From: Bryobacterales bacterium
GTDB taxonomy: Bacteria; Acidobacteriota; Terriglobia; Bryobacterales; UBA6623
DNA: 64,000 nt
Direction: 5' to 3'
Assembly: GCA_965263255.1 (NCBI GenBank)
Contig: CBDHHA010000008.1
Location: 3,461,987 to 3,525,986 of the forward strand
Part shown: positions 31,130 to 39,355 of the stretch, in pieces
Layout of the letters: the number at the start of each line of letters is the position of its first letter
How positions within the stretch are numbered: the stretch's first letter is position 1
The notes under the pieces: generated by a model
The model's input: only the letters and a program-made list of their open reading frames with translations
What the model was told of the DNA's origin: nothing
Database searches by the model: none
Position numbers and translations under genes: made by a program

Positions 31130-31837
31130 CGGCATTCCCTCTCCCGTCAACCTCTTCAAGCGGAAGCTTCCTGGCCATGTGGGTGTGAACGGCACCAAGC
31201 CGGTCAGGCTCACAGTTGGCGAGGTCAATGTTGTCGAGCCCGCAAGAGAACGAGAGAGGAAGGATGCGCACGGACTCGTGTCCCGTCAAGAGTCATTGCA
31301 AACGGTGGACTGACCACTGCGGTTCGATTGTATTTTTCCACCGACCTGTACGTTCACTAGCGACCTCTTGAGTACTTCGGAGACTCGGCACAACTCTTTA
31401 TTCTTGATTGACTTGCAAGAGGCTTCAGGGTTCTTCAGACTGGAAGCCCCGTACCATCCGGGCGCATCAGTCGGACCGGCGTCTGTTGCGTCGGGAACGC
31501 TTCCGCCCCCGAATGACCGTCAGCAGAGTCTGCTTCAACTGACAGTCATCATGCCGTGGCACGTCACGCCTTTCGTGCATTGGATCGTTCTCCTATTTGG
31601 CCAGCCAGGGATGTCCTGGCGTCACCGTGTGTTACAGTCGCCTAGCAATATCGCGCCGGCGGGTCCCCGGCAAGGCCATCATGGGGCGGGCACTGCCGCA
31701 GAGGACGTGGTTCTGCCGTCCCCCTGGAGGCGGTGCACTGCCCGTCGGGCGGATCCCTTCACGGAATTGGCGTACAGGCTACGTACGCAAGTTGCTGGGC
31801 CTGGAGCGGAGCCTGGATGAATGAGAGGACGACCAAG

Positions 31838-33430
31838 ATGACAAAGACCTTCTCGCGGCGGCATTTCTTCATGGGCAGCCTGCTGGCCGGAGCCGTTCCG
31901 ACCGGCGGCTACGGGACAGTCCCCTCGCTCAAGGCGCTCGGATTCAAGTCGCCGAATGAACGGCTCAACGTGGCCGCGATCGGCGCCGGCGGCCGGCCGG
32001 CCCTCGTCTTGACGGAGTGCGAGACCCAGAACATCGTCGCGCTGGCCGACGTGGACTGGGAGCGCGGCGCCGACGGCCTTGCCTACTGGCCGAAGGCCGC
32101 CCGGTACAAGGACTTTCGCGTCATGCTCGACAAGTCAGGGAAGGAGATTGACGCCGTCGTGATCGGCACCCCCGACCACATGCACGCGACTTGTGCCCTG
32201 GCGTGCATGCAGGCCGGAAAGCATGTCTATGTCGAGAAGCCCCTGACCCGCACAGCGTGGGAGGCACGGCTTCTCAAGAAGGCCTCCGCCCGGTACGGGG
32301 TGGCGACGCAGATGGGCAACCAGGGCTACTCGCACGACGCTACGCGCGTCGCCTGCGAGATCCTGTGGTCCGGCGAGATCGGGGACGTAACCGAGGTCCA
32401 TGCGTGGATGAGGCCCGCAATCTGGCCGCAGGGCATGCCAAAGGTCGCGGCCCCCAGCGCGGCTCCCGAAACCCTGGACTGGGATCTATGGCTCGGATGC
32501 GCCGCGGACAGGCCCTTCACTGCGGGTGACGAGAATTACAGGGAGTTCGCGGCCGCGCGTTCTGAGCGGCTCGGATACGCAGGGCGGCGTCCCCCCCGGC
32601 CTCCGGCGCCTAGCGGCGACGGCCCGGCACGGCCCCGCGGGGGCGGATTCGACCCGGCCAAGTACGGCTTCTACCTGCCCTTCAATTGGCGCGGCTTCCA
32701 CGATTTCGGATCCGGGCTCATCGGCGACTGGGGGATTCACATCCTGGGCCCCGCGAACTGGGGGCTGCAGCTGGGACCGGAGAGCCTGCTGAGCGTGGAA
32801 TGCGTCGAGAAGGACTCGTCGCCTCCGTTCACCTTCCCGGACAAGCTGACGCTGCGCTTCGATTTCGCAGCGCGCCGCAACATGCCACCGGTCTCCGTTT
32901 ACTGGCACAACACTTTCGGCGACGCGTATCTCCCGGAGGGAATGTCGGCGGAACAGGCCCGCAAGATCGACGGCGAGGGGCCTCAGGTCGGCCCGTCCAG
33001 GGGCCGGCGGCCCGGCGGGACGCCTGCGCGTCCGCCCCAGGGCAGCGGCTACAACTGCATCTTCGTGGGATCCAAGGGCTATCTCGGCACGAGTGGCCGC
33101 GGCGAAGGCGTCGGCCTGCTGCCGGGTTCCAGATGGGCCGAATACAAGCTGCCGACCGCGTACCTGTCGCGTTCTCCAGGAGCCTCTACCGGGAGCAACA
33201 CGACCGCTCACGTGAATGACTGGATCCGCGCATCGAAGGGCGGCGCCCCGGCCTGCTCCAACTTCGACCTAGCGGCACCCTTCACAGAGTGGCTGGTGCT
33301 GGGAGCGGCAGCCGTTCACTACGAAGGCAAGTTGATGTGGGACAACGAGGCGGGCGAGTTCACCAATGGTTCGGACGTGAACAGGTGGGTGAAGCCGCAA
33401 TACCGCAAGGGGTGGGAACTCCGCTTGTAG
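31838..33430 (+). CDS. Gfo/Idh/MocA-family oxidoreductase, Tat-exported, with Pro/Arg/Gly-rich insertions
   Basis: ATG at 31838, with GAGGA upstream, gives MTKTFSRRHFFMGSLLAGAV. The Rossmann motif is 'LNVAAIGAGGRP', followed by 'DAVVIGTPDHMHA...GKHVYVEKPL'. There are two low-complexity inserts (GRRPPRPPAPSGDGPARPRGGG; GPSRGRRPGGTPARPPQGSG). Confidence 0.85.
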   Translation: MTKTFSRRHFFMGSLLAGAVPTGGYGTVPSLKALGFKSPNERLNVAAIGAGGRPALVLTECETQNIVALADVDWERGADGLAYWPKAARYKDFRVMLDKSGKEIDAVVIGTPDHMHATCALACMQAGKHVYVEKPLTRTAWEARLLKKASARYGVATQMGNQGYSHDATRVACEILWSGEIGDVTEVHAWMRPAIWPQGMPKVAAPSAAPETLDWDLWLGCAADRPFTAGDENYREFAAARSERLGYAGRRPPRPPAPSGDGPARPRGGGFDPAKYGFYLPFNWRGFHDFGSGLIGDWGIHILGPANWGLQLGPESLLSVECVEKDSSPPFTFPDKLTLRFDFAARRNMPPVSVYWHNTFGDAYLPEGMSAEQARKIDGEGPQVGPSRGRRPGGTPARPPQGSGYNCIFVGSKGYLGTSGRGEGVGLLPGSRWAEYKLPTAYLSRSPGASTGSNTTAHVNDWIRASKGGAPACSNFDLAAPFTEWLVLGAAAVHYEGKLMWDNEAGEFTNGSDVNRWVKPQYRKGWELRL

Positions 33431-33479
33431 CCAGCTCGCCACACTTCACTGGCGGCGCCGGATCGCACGCTCCGGATGA

Positions 33480-33787
33480 ATCCGGAACGCCGTCCCGGGC
33501 GAGGGCCGGTGTGCGATGGCCTCGACACGAGAGTTCGGTCCCTATCGGACCGAACGCCTGGCCTTCCTCGGTCGGTCGTGGATGCGACGATGCCCCGATC
33601 GATTCATGCCCGTCGGTGGGAGTGGGAGCCGTCAGCGGCACGCCCTGCGCAGGATCTCGGCGCGGACCGGGGCGCAGACGGCCAAGCGCTTCGCCGCGAG
33701 CCATCGCTGCATCTTTCGGCCGACGGCGGCCTCGCCACGGGGACTCGAGGATTCGATCCAGCAGGACGTGCCCGGCAGGATCAGCAA
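33480..33787 (-). pseudogene. Decayed PIN-domain (VapC-like) toxin remnant
   Basis: A TTG at 33787 overlaps the vapB stop. That frame reads LLILPGTSCWIESSSPRGEAAVGRKMQRWLAAKRLAVCAPVRAEILRRACR*, which resembles the VapC N-terminus 'iLvDTSvWIe.lrg...l...El..Ga' with the first acidic residue replaced by Gly. After the stop, another frame reads IDRGIVASTTDRGRPGVRSDRDRTL, which resembles 'D.lIAatA...g..v.T.D.DF'. It is too short and frame-broken for an intact PIN domain. Confidence 0.3.
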
Positions 33788-33981
33788 TCCTCGAGACGCT
33801 CCAGATCCTCGTTCGTGTAACGAAGATCCACCTTCCCGGCCAGATCGCCGAGCCTGCGTAGCCTCTGCGTGCGCAGAAACTCGGTGAGCGCGAGCTCTAC
33901 AGCAGTCGCCTTGCGCGTCTCGCTTGTTTCGCGTTGGACCGCGCGAACAATTTCGGAGTCCAGCGTGACTGTCGTTGCCAT
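33781..33981 (-). CDS. vapB: Type II antitoxin, VapB-like
   Basis: The internal ATG at 33981 gives a 66-aa protein, MATTVTLDSEIVRAVQRETSETRKATAVELALTEFLRTQRLRRLGDLAGKVDLRYTNEDLERLEDC. This matches the 'M.T.i.lDdel...a...tg..tk...v..AL.e.l' pattern of small VapB-type antitoxins. Confidence 0.65.
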   Translation of the reverse strand: MATTVTLDSEIVRAVQRETSETRKATAVELALTEFLRTQRLRRLGDLAGKVDLRYTNEDLERLEDC

Positions 33982-34152
33982 CCTCAGGATCCTGCTACAG
34001 CTACGGACGTTCCACCAACAGCGTACTAGCATGCAACCGAATGCCGCAGCGGGTGGTGGTGGCCCGCCGACAGCGCCTGCACCGTTCGGGTGCCGCGGCA
34101 TTCGGCCAGGGGTACAATCAGGCGTTCCGTGTCCCCTGAACCGGAGAGCGCA

Positions 34153-35667
34153 ATGACCACCAGCCCCGTTTCGTCCCGCAAGTCAGCCTTCGTGCTAGCG
34201 CTTCTTGCGATGTCCGTCACGGCAAGTGCCGCCGGGACACCCGAGCGCCCTAACGTCCTGTTCATCTACACCGACGACCATTCCTACAGGACAGTCGGAG
34301 CCTACCCGGAGTCGTATCCATGGGTCCGCACGCCGGCCATGGACCGCCTCGCCTCTCAGGGCGTTCGCTTCGAGTACGCCTACATCGGCACTTGGTGCAT
34401 GCCCTCCAGAGCCACCCTGCTGACCGGGCTGCATCAGTTCGGCGTGGAGTCCATGCGCATGGTGGGGGATTACCCGGGCAGCACCTACGACCCGGAGAAG
34501 AGCCCGTTCTGGCCCAAGGTCTTCCGGCAGAACGGCTATTTCACAGCCCAGATCGGCAAGTGGCACACAGGCGTTGACACCGGCTACGGGCGCGACTGGG
34601 ACTACCAGATCGTCTGGAACCGGCCCAAGTACACGGCGACGAGCGGGAACTACTACTACAACCAGCCGATCACCTACCAGGGCGGCGAGACCAAGGTGCT
34701 CGAACGCTACTCCTCGGACCAGTACACCGACTGGGCGGTGGACCTTATCAAGGGCAGCGGCCGCGATGAGGACAAGCCCTGGTACCTCTGGCTCTGCTAC
34801 GGGGCGGTGCATGGCCCCTTCACGCCGGCCGACCGCCACTTGGACGAGTACCCCGGCATCGACTTCGACACGCCGAAGGACATCTTCCCTCCGCGCCCGG
34901 GGAAGCCGGACTGGGCCCAGAAGATCAGCTTCTGGCGGCGGGGCCCGGACGGGACTCCAATGCACCAGGGTCGCTCGCTGACTTCCTGGACGCGCCAGTA
35001 CCACCAAGGCGTCCTGGCTCTGGACGAAGGCATCGACCGCGTGATGAAGGCCCTGGAGGAGACCGGCCAGCGCGAGAACACGCTGGTCATCTGGACATCG
35101 GACCAGGGATTCGCCTGGGGGCAGCACGGATTCCGGCAGAAGGTGGCGCCTTACGACGCGACGATACGGTCGCCCCTGGTGATTTCGTTCCCCGGCCGGA
35201 TTCCGGAGGGCGCGGTGAGCCCGAGGCCGGTCGCAGGAGTGGACATCGTGCCCACGATCTTCCGTTTCGCCGGAATCGACCTGCCCTGGGAGATGCACGG
35301 GGAGGATCTCTCGCCGCTGCTGGAGGATCCGGACCGTGAGTGGCCGCACCCGGTCCTGCTTGCAGCGACCGGCCGGAAGTACGGCTCGGACACGAACACG
35401 ATTCCAACGGGCGAGGACGTCATCCACTCCAACGTCCCGTGGTACGTGATGCTGGTCGAGGGTCGCTACAAGTACGTTCGGCCCTTGGTGCATGACCTCG
35501 AAGAGCTGTATGACCTGAAGAGCGATCCGGACGAACTCGACAACCTTGCCGTCAAGCCGGAGTTCCGTCCCACTCTGGACCGCCTGCGGGCGCTGGCTAT
35601 CGCCGAGCTCCGCGAGGACGGCGCAGGATTCGTGGACAACATGCCCGCAGTTAGGATGCCCCGCTGA
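34153..35667 (+). CDS. Sulfatase (arylsulfatase family, Cys-type formylglycine site)
   Basis: It has a signal peptide, MTTSPVSSRKSAFVLALLAMSVTASAA. 'PNVLFIYTDDHS' and the 'CMPSRATLLTGL' (CxPxR) active-site motif are present, as is 'IWTSDQGF'. Confidence 0.9.
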   Translation: MTTSPVSSRKSAFVLALLAMSVTASAAGTPERPNVLFIYTDDHSYRTVGAYPESYPWVRTPAMDRLASQGVRFEYAYIGTWCMPSRATLLTGLHQFGVESMRMVGDYPGSTYDPEKSPFWPKVFRQNGYFTAQIGKWHTGVDTGYGRDWDYQIVWNRPKYTATSGNYYYNQPITYQGGETKVLERYSSDQYTDWAVDLIKGSGRDEDKPWYLWLCYGAVHGPFTPADRHLDEYPGIDFDTPKDIFPPRPGKPDWAQKISFWRRGPDGTPMHQGRSLTSWTRQYHQGVLALDEGIDRVMKALEETGQRENTLVIWTSDQGFAWGQHGFRQKVAPYDATIRSPLVISFPGRIPEGAVSPRPVAGVDIVPTIFRFAGIDLPWEMHGEDLSPLLEDPDREWPHPVLLAATGRKYGSDTNTIPTGEDVIHSNVPWYVMLVEGRYKYVRPLVHDLEELYDLKSDPDELDNLAVKPEFRPTLDRLRALAIAELREDGAGFVDNMPAVRMPR

Positions 35668-35788
35668 TCTTCGGATCTCGGCCCGCGAGGCCAGGCAGGA
35701 GATGACTCCCGCGAACCCTGCTGGCGGCGGTGACGTCCTGCGGAACGCGCTGGTAGCCTAGAATCCGGCTCGCCGATCCCAAGAAGCC

Positions 35789-36442
35789 ATGCCACCGGAC
35801 CCACTCCTGGACGCTTTCTGGGAACGCGGCCTGATCCTGCTGGGCGACCGCGTGCGGGAAGAGTACGCGCTGCGGACTCCGATATTCATCGACCTGCGGC
35901 ACGGACTGTACGACGACCTCGACCTTCTCCATGCCCTGGGCCAGGCATTGCACCGCAGGATCTTCGAACTCGCCGGCGATTCGCCCAGTCGGCAGCAGGT
36001 CGTCGGGATCCCGGACACCGCCACGCCACTAGCCCTGGCAGCGGCCCTCGCCTCCCGCGGCACCGACCAGCGGCTGGCTTACGGACAGCTCCGCAAGCGT
36101 CCTGCCGACTATCCGGGCGGCCATTCGGGCACGAGCGCCTACATGGGCGTGTGCGACGAGGGCCGCGAGATCACGTTGGTGGACGATGTCATCGCGTCCG
36201 GGGCGACGAAGGTCTGGTCGACCCGCTACCTGAAGGAAGCGGGCCTCGACGTCACGCGGATCCTGGTGGTCGTCGACCGGGAACAGGGCGGCGACCAACC
36301 GCTGCGGGAGCGGGGCTACCCGGTTCACAGCCTGTACCGGATTCGGGAGGTTGTCTCCTACTACCGGCACCGCAGGATGGTCGACGAGCGGACGGCAGCG
36401 GCGGCCCTTGCCCACGTGGAGCGCAACAAGCACTCCGCCTGA
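35789..36442 (+). CDS. pyrE: Orotate phosphoribosyltransferase-like (type I PRTase)
   Basis: 'TPIFIDLR', 'VVGIPDTATPLALAAAL', the PRPP loop 'ITLVDDVIASGATK' and 'VVVDREQGG' resemble the UMPS-type OPRTase layout. The substrate loop is divergent, so the assignment is moderate. Confidence 0.7.
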   Translation: MPPDPLLDAFWERGLILLGDRVREEYALRTPIFIDLRHGLYDDLDLLHALGQALHRRIFELAGDSPSRQQVVGIPDTATPLALAAALASRGTDQRLAYGQLRKRPADYPGGHSGTSAYMGVCDEGREITLVDDVIASGATKVWSTRYLKEAGLDVTRILVVVDREQGGDQPLRERGYPVHSLYRIREVVSYYRHRRMVDERTAAAALAHVERNKHSA

Positions 36443-36469
36443 CGCCCCTGCGGGCTGCAATCCGGCAGG

Positions 36470-37696
36470 TCAGGCTCCGAAGAAGCCCTGCAGGGCGATG
36501 GAGCACATGTAGAACGAGAACAGGACCGTGATTCCGAGGCCGGCGTTGAGCGCGAGCGAGGGAGGCCGGTTCGAAGTCACCTCGCGCTTGTTGAGCAGGA
36601 TCAGCACGAACAGCGCTAGCAACGGCATCGCGATCGGGCTGAGCGCCTGCGAGGCGATCATGATCTGGACCGGGCTACCGCCGAGCACGGGCACCACCAG
36701 CCCGAACAGCGAGGCGGCGACCACCATGGCCCGGAAGGCGAGCCGAGCCATGTTGCGCGGCAAGCCGAGGTAGTCGGCCGCCATCCAGGGACCTAGCAGG
36801 TAGTTCGGGAAGAGGGACGACAGCCCGGCCGCCAGGATGCCGATCACGAAACCGCCCGTGGCCAGGCCGCCGGCCAGCGGCTCGAGGGTCTTGACCATGT
36901 CGATCGCGGCCTCGATCCGCATCCCCTGCCGGTGCAGCGTGCCGGCCGCGCAGGCCATGATCGCCGCGTTGAGGAAGAAGAGCAGGGTCATCGAGAACGC
37001 CGAGTCGCGCGTTACAAGCGGCAGGTCGGACGGCTTCCAGCCCTCTTCCTTCACGAGGACGCTGCGGGTGAACAGCACGACGGAGGCCATGGTCGTGCCG
37101 ACCATTCCGGCGATCAGAAGACGCGGATTGCCGGCTTCCGGTATCCCTGGCACGAAGCCGCCGAGGAGTTCTCTCGGCTCCGGCAGCACGAGTCCTGCGG
37201 TGAAGAAGAACGCCACCCCCATCACCGCGACCAGCGACGCCAGGACCTTGAGGAAGAAGCCATGGCGGCCGACCCAGTACAGGGTCAGCAGGAAGAGGGT
37301 GAAGAACACGGCGGCCCCGAGGGGATTGACCGCCAGGCCGAGCGCCGAGCCGGCCCACTCCCGCAGCACGTCGACGACGATCGCCATGACCCCGATGATC
37401 GAAGTCAGCTGCGTCGCGGCGAGCGAGGCGACCAGCAGCAGCGTGACAGGCGCGCCGAAGTGCGTCCGGAACAAATGCAGGAGGGTCTCGCCGGACAGGA
37501 TTGTCAGACGACTGATCCCGACGATCATCAGGTGCGTGAAGAGCGAGGCCAGCGCGAGGGTCCACGTCAACGACATGCCGTAGCTGGCACCGGCCGAACT
37601 CATCGTGGTGACGCTCCCGGTCCCGATGACGTAGCCGATGATGAAAATTCCGGGCGCGAGGCTCGCCGCAAGGCGCTTGATCAGGTTCCAGTCCAC
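36470..37696 (-). CDS. Nramp-related membrane transporter (divergent, lacks canonical DPGN motif)
   Basis: It is 408 aa with about 11 hydrophobic segments. The Nramp-like N-terminus 'LAPGIFIIGYVIGTGSVTTMSSAGASYGMSLTWTLAL' has GTGS where MntH has DPGN. 'GMVGTTMASVVLF' sits where canonical proteins have 'xxMPH'. Confidence 0.8.
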   Translation of the reverse strand: MDWNLIKRLAASLAPGIFIIGYVIGTGSVTTMSSAGASYGMSLTWTLALASLFTHLMIVGISRLTILSGETLLHLFRTHFGAPVTLLLVASLAATQLTSIIGVMAIVVDVLREWAGSALGLAVNPLGAAVFFTLFLLTLYWVGRHGFFLKVLASLVAVMGVAFFFTAGLVLPEPRELLGGFVPGIPEAGNPRLLIAGMVGTTMASVVLFTRSVLVKEEGWKPSDLPLVTRDSAFSMTLLFFLNAAIMACAAGTLHRQGMRIEAAIDMVKTLEPLAGGLATGGFVIGILAAGLSSLFPNYLLGPWMAADYLGLPRNMARLAFRAMVVAASLFGLVVPVLGGSPVQIMIASQALSPIAMPLLALFVLILLNKREVTSNRPPSLALNAGLGITVLFSFYMCSIALQGFFGA

Positions 37697-37783
37697 GGTG
37701 GCGCAAGGATATCACCCGGCGCGCAACGGGCGCGAGCGGGGGGAACCACTCTCAGCGCGCTGCGTCATACTTGGGAGGGACCC

Positions 37784-39355
37784 ATGGGCTATCGACTGTC
37801 ACGCGTGCTGTGGTGCACGCTGCTCCTTGCCATCCCGCTGGCCGGCCAGCGGGTGGAAGTCGAGGAGTTCACGCTCGACAACGGGATGACATTCCTGCTG
37901 CTGCCGCAGCCCGGAGACCCGAACGTCGCCGCCGGATGGATCGCGAAGTTCGGCTCGGTCAACGAGAGGCCCGGCGCCACCGGGGTGGCGCACCTGTTCG
38001 AGCACATGATGTTCAAGGGAACGAAGACGATCGGGACCAAGGACATCGAGCGGGACGGGCAGATCATCGAGGAGCTCGACGCGCTGCGCGAGCGGATCCA
38101 GGCGGAGCGGGCGGCCCTGCTGGAGAAGCAGCGCCGGGGCCTGATTGACGACGCGGCAAACCCGGCCCATCGGAGCCCGGAGCACAGCGCGCTGCTCGAG
38201 CAGTTCAACCAGCTGCTCGCGGAGCAGCGCGAGCTGATCGTCAAGGACGAGTTCTCGCAGGTCTACACGACCAACGGCGGGTCCGGCATGAACGCCGGGA
38301 CGACCAGCGACTTTACGATCTACTTCATCAACGTTCCGTCGAACAAGCTGGAGCTCTGGTTCTGGATGGAGTCGGACCGTCTCAGCAATCCGGTGTTCCG
38401 GGAATTCTATGCCGAGCGCGATGTCGTGCGGGAAGAGCGTCGGCTGCGGACCGACTCGACGCCCACCGGCAAGCTCAACGAGCAACTGGAGGCGATGTTC
38501 TGGGTCTCCTCCCCGTACGGCTGGCCGGTGATCGGGTGGCCGAGCGATCTCGACGCGATCACCCGGGCCGAGGCGATGGAGTACTTCGACCGCTACTACT
38601 CCCCGAACAACCTTGTGGCTTCGTTGGTGGGCGATTTCGACATCGAGCAAGTCAAGGACCTCGCGAAGAAGTACTTCGGACGCTTGGAGCGCAGGGGCCC
38701 AGCCCCGGAGGCCGTCCGCACCCGCGAAGTGCCGCAGCAGGCCGAGCAGCGGCTCATCGGGCACGCCGAGACCCGCCCCCAAGCGTCGATCCGGTTCCAC
38801 ACGGTTCCGGACGCGCATGTGGACGAGCCTGCGCTGATCGTGCTCTCGGCGATCCTGAACGGCCGGACGGGCCGGCTGTACAAGTCCCTTGTCCTCGAGC
38901 AGCAAGTCGCCGTGCAGGCGGGAGCGGGAGTTGACGGGCGCAAGTACGACGGCTCGTTCCAGGTGAGCGGCGTCGCCGCCCCCGGAAAGTCGCCGGAAGA
39001 CGTCGAGGCCGCACTGCTGGAGGAACTCAGCTTGCTGGGCCGCGAGCCTGTCGGCGAGCGCGAGCTCCAGAAGGTCAAGAACCAGCAGCTCGCGGGCGAC
39101 TTCCGCAAGCTGCAGTCCAAGTTCGGCCTGATGCTCCAGCTGCTCACCTACGAGGCACTGGGAGAGTGGAGCAACATCAACGCGTTCTCGGACCGCATCC
39201 AGGCCGTCACGCCCGACGACATCCAGCGCGTCGCCAATAGCTATTTCACCGAGACCAACCGGACGGTCGCGCTGTACTACACGAAGGAAGGGGCGGGACC
39301 TCCCGGAGGCCGGCCGCCGGGCCCGGGACGGCCCTCGCAAGGAGGTGCGCGATGA
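37784..39355 (+). CDS. M16-family zinc peptidase (active subunit, HxxEH), secreted
   Basis: The track ORF 36932..39355 is over-extended across the antisense Nramp gene. ATG at 37784, with GGGAGGGA upstream, gives MGYRLSRVLWCTLLLAIPLAG. The motif is 'GVAHLFEHMMFKGT' and the glutamate region is 'RDVVREERRLR'. Confidence 0.9.
   Translation: MGYRLSRVLWCTLLLAIPLAGQRVEVEEFTLDNGMTFLLLPQPGDPNVAAGWIAKFGSVNERPGATGVAHLFEHMMFKGTKTIGTKDIERDGQIIEELDALRERIQAERAALLEKQRRGLIDDAANPAHRSPEHSALLEQFNQLLAEQRELIVKDEFSQVYTTNGGSGMNAGTTSDFTIYFINVPSNKLELWFWMESDRLSNPVFREFYAERDVVREERRLRTDSTPTGKLNEQLEAMFWVSSPYGWPVIGWPSDLDAITRAEAMEYFDRYYSPNNLVASLVGDFDIEQVKDLAKKYFGRLERRGPAPEAVRTREVPQQAEQRLIGHAETRPQASIRFHTVPDAHVDEPALIVLSAILNGRTGRLYKSLVLEQQVAVQAGAGVDGRKYDGSFQVSGVAAPGKSPEDVEAALLEELSLLGREPVGERELQKVKNQQLAGDFRKLQSKFGLMLQLLTYEALGEWSNINAFSDRIQAVTPDDIQRVANSYFTETNRTVALYYTKEGAGPPGGRPPGPGRPSQGGAR

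Noticed and set aside
31053-31289. Minus-strand 78-aa ORF containing 'GLDNIDLA', reminiscent of D-2-hydroxyacid dehydrogenase motifs
   Set aside because: It is an isolated short match with no surrounding Rossmann-fold context. It overlaps the better-supported Cys-rich ORF and is most likely chance.
31368-31820. 150-aa plus-strand ORF upstream of the Gfo/Idh/MocA gene
   Set aside because: It has no RBS, no recognisable motif and mixed composition. It ends inside the leader of the next gene and is probably non-coding.
34195-35493. 432-aa minus-strand ORF. Also 42765..43991 (408 aa), 55603..56730 (375 aa), 9282..10319 (345 aa) and 63159..63839 (226 aa).
   Set aside because: All are antisense to genes with strong family signatures: sulfatase, BatA-like, APC permease, beta-propeller/larB and Gfo/Idh/MocA.
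36932-37783. N-terminal 284-codon extension of the M16 peptidase ORF. Similar over-extensions occur at 28326..28676, 44108..44788, 53152..53382, 56493..56684 and 3865..4119.
   Set aside because: The extensions overlap neighbouring genes or their antisense. They are Arg/Gly/Pro-rich. They also precede internal starts that yield proper signal peptides, RBS-like sequences or ATGA coupling.
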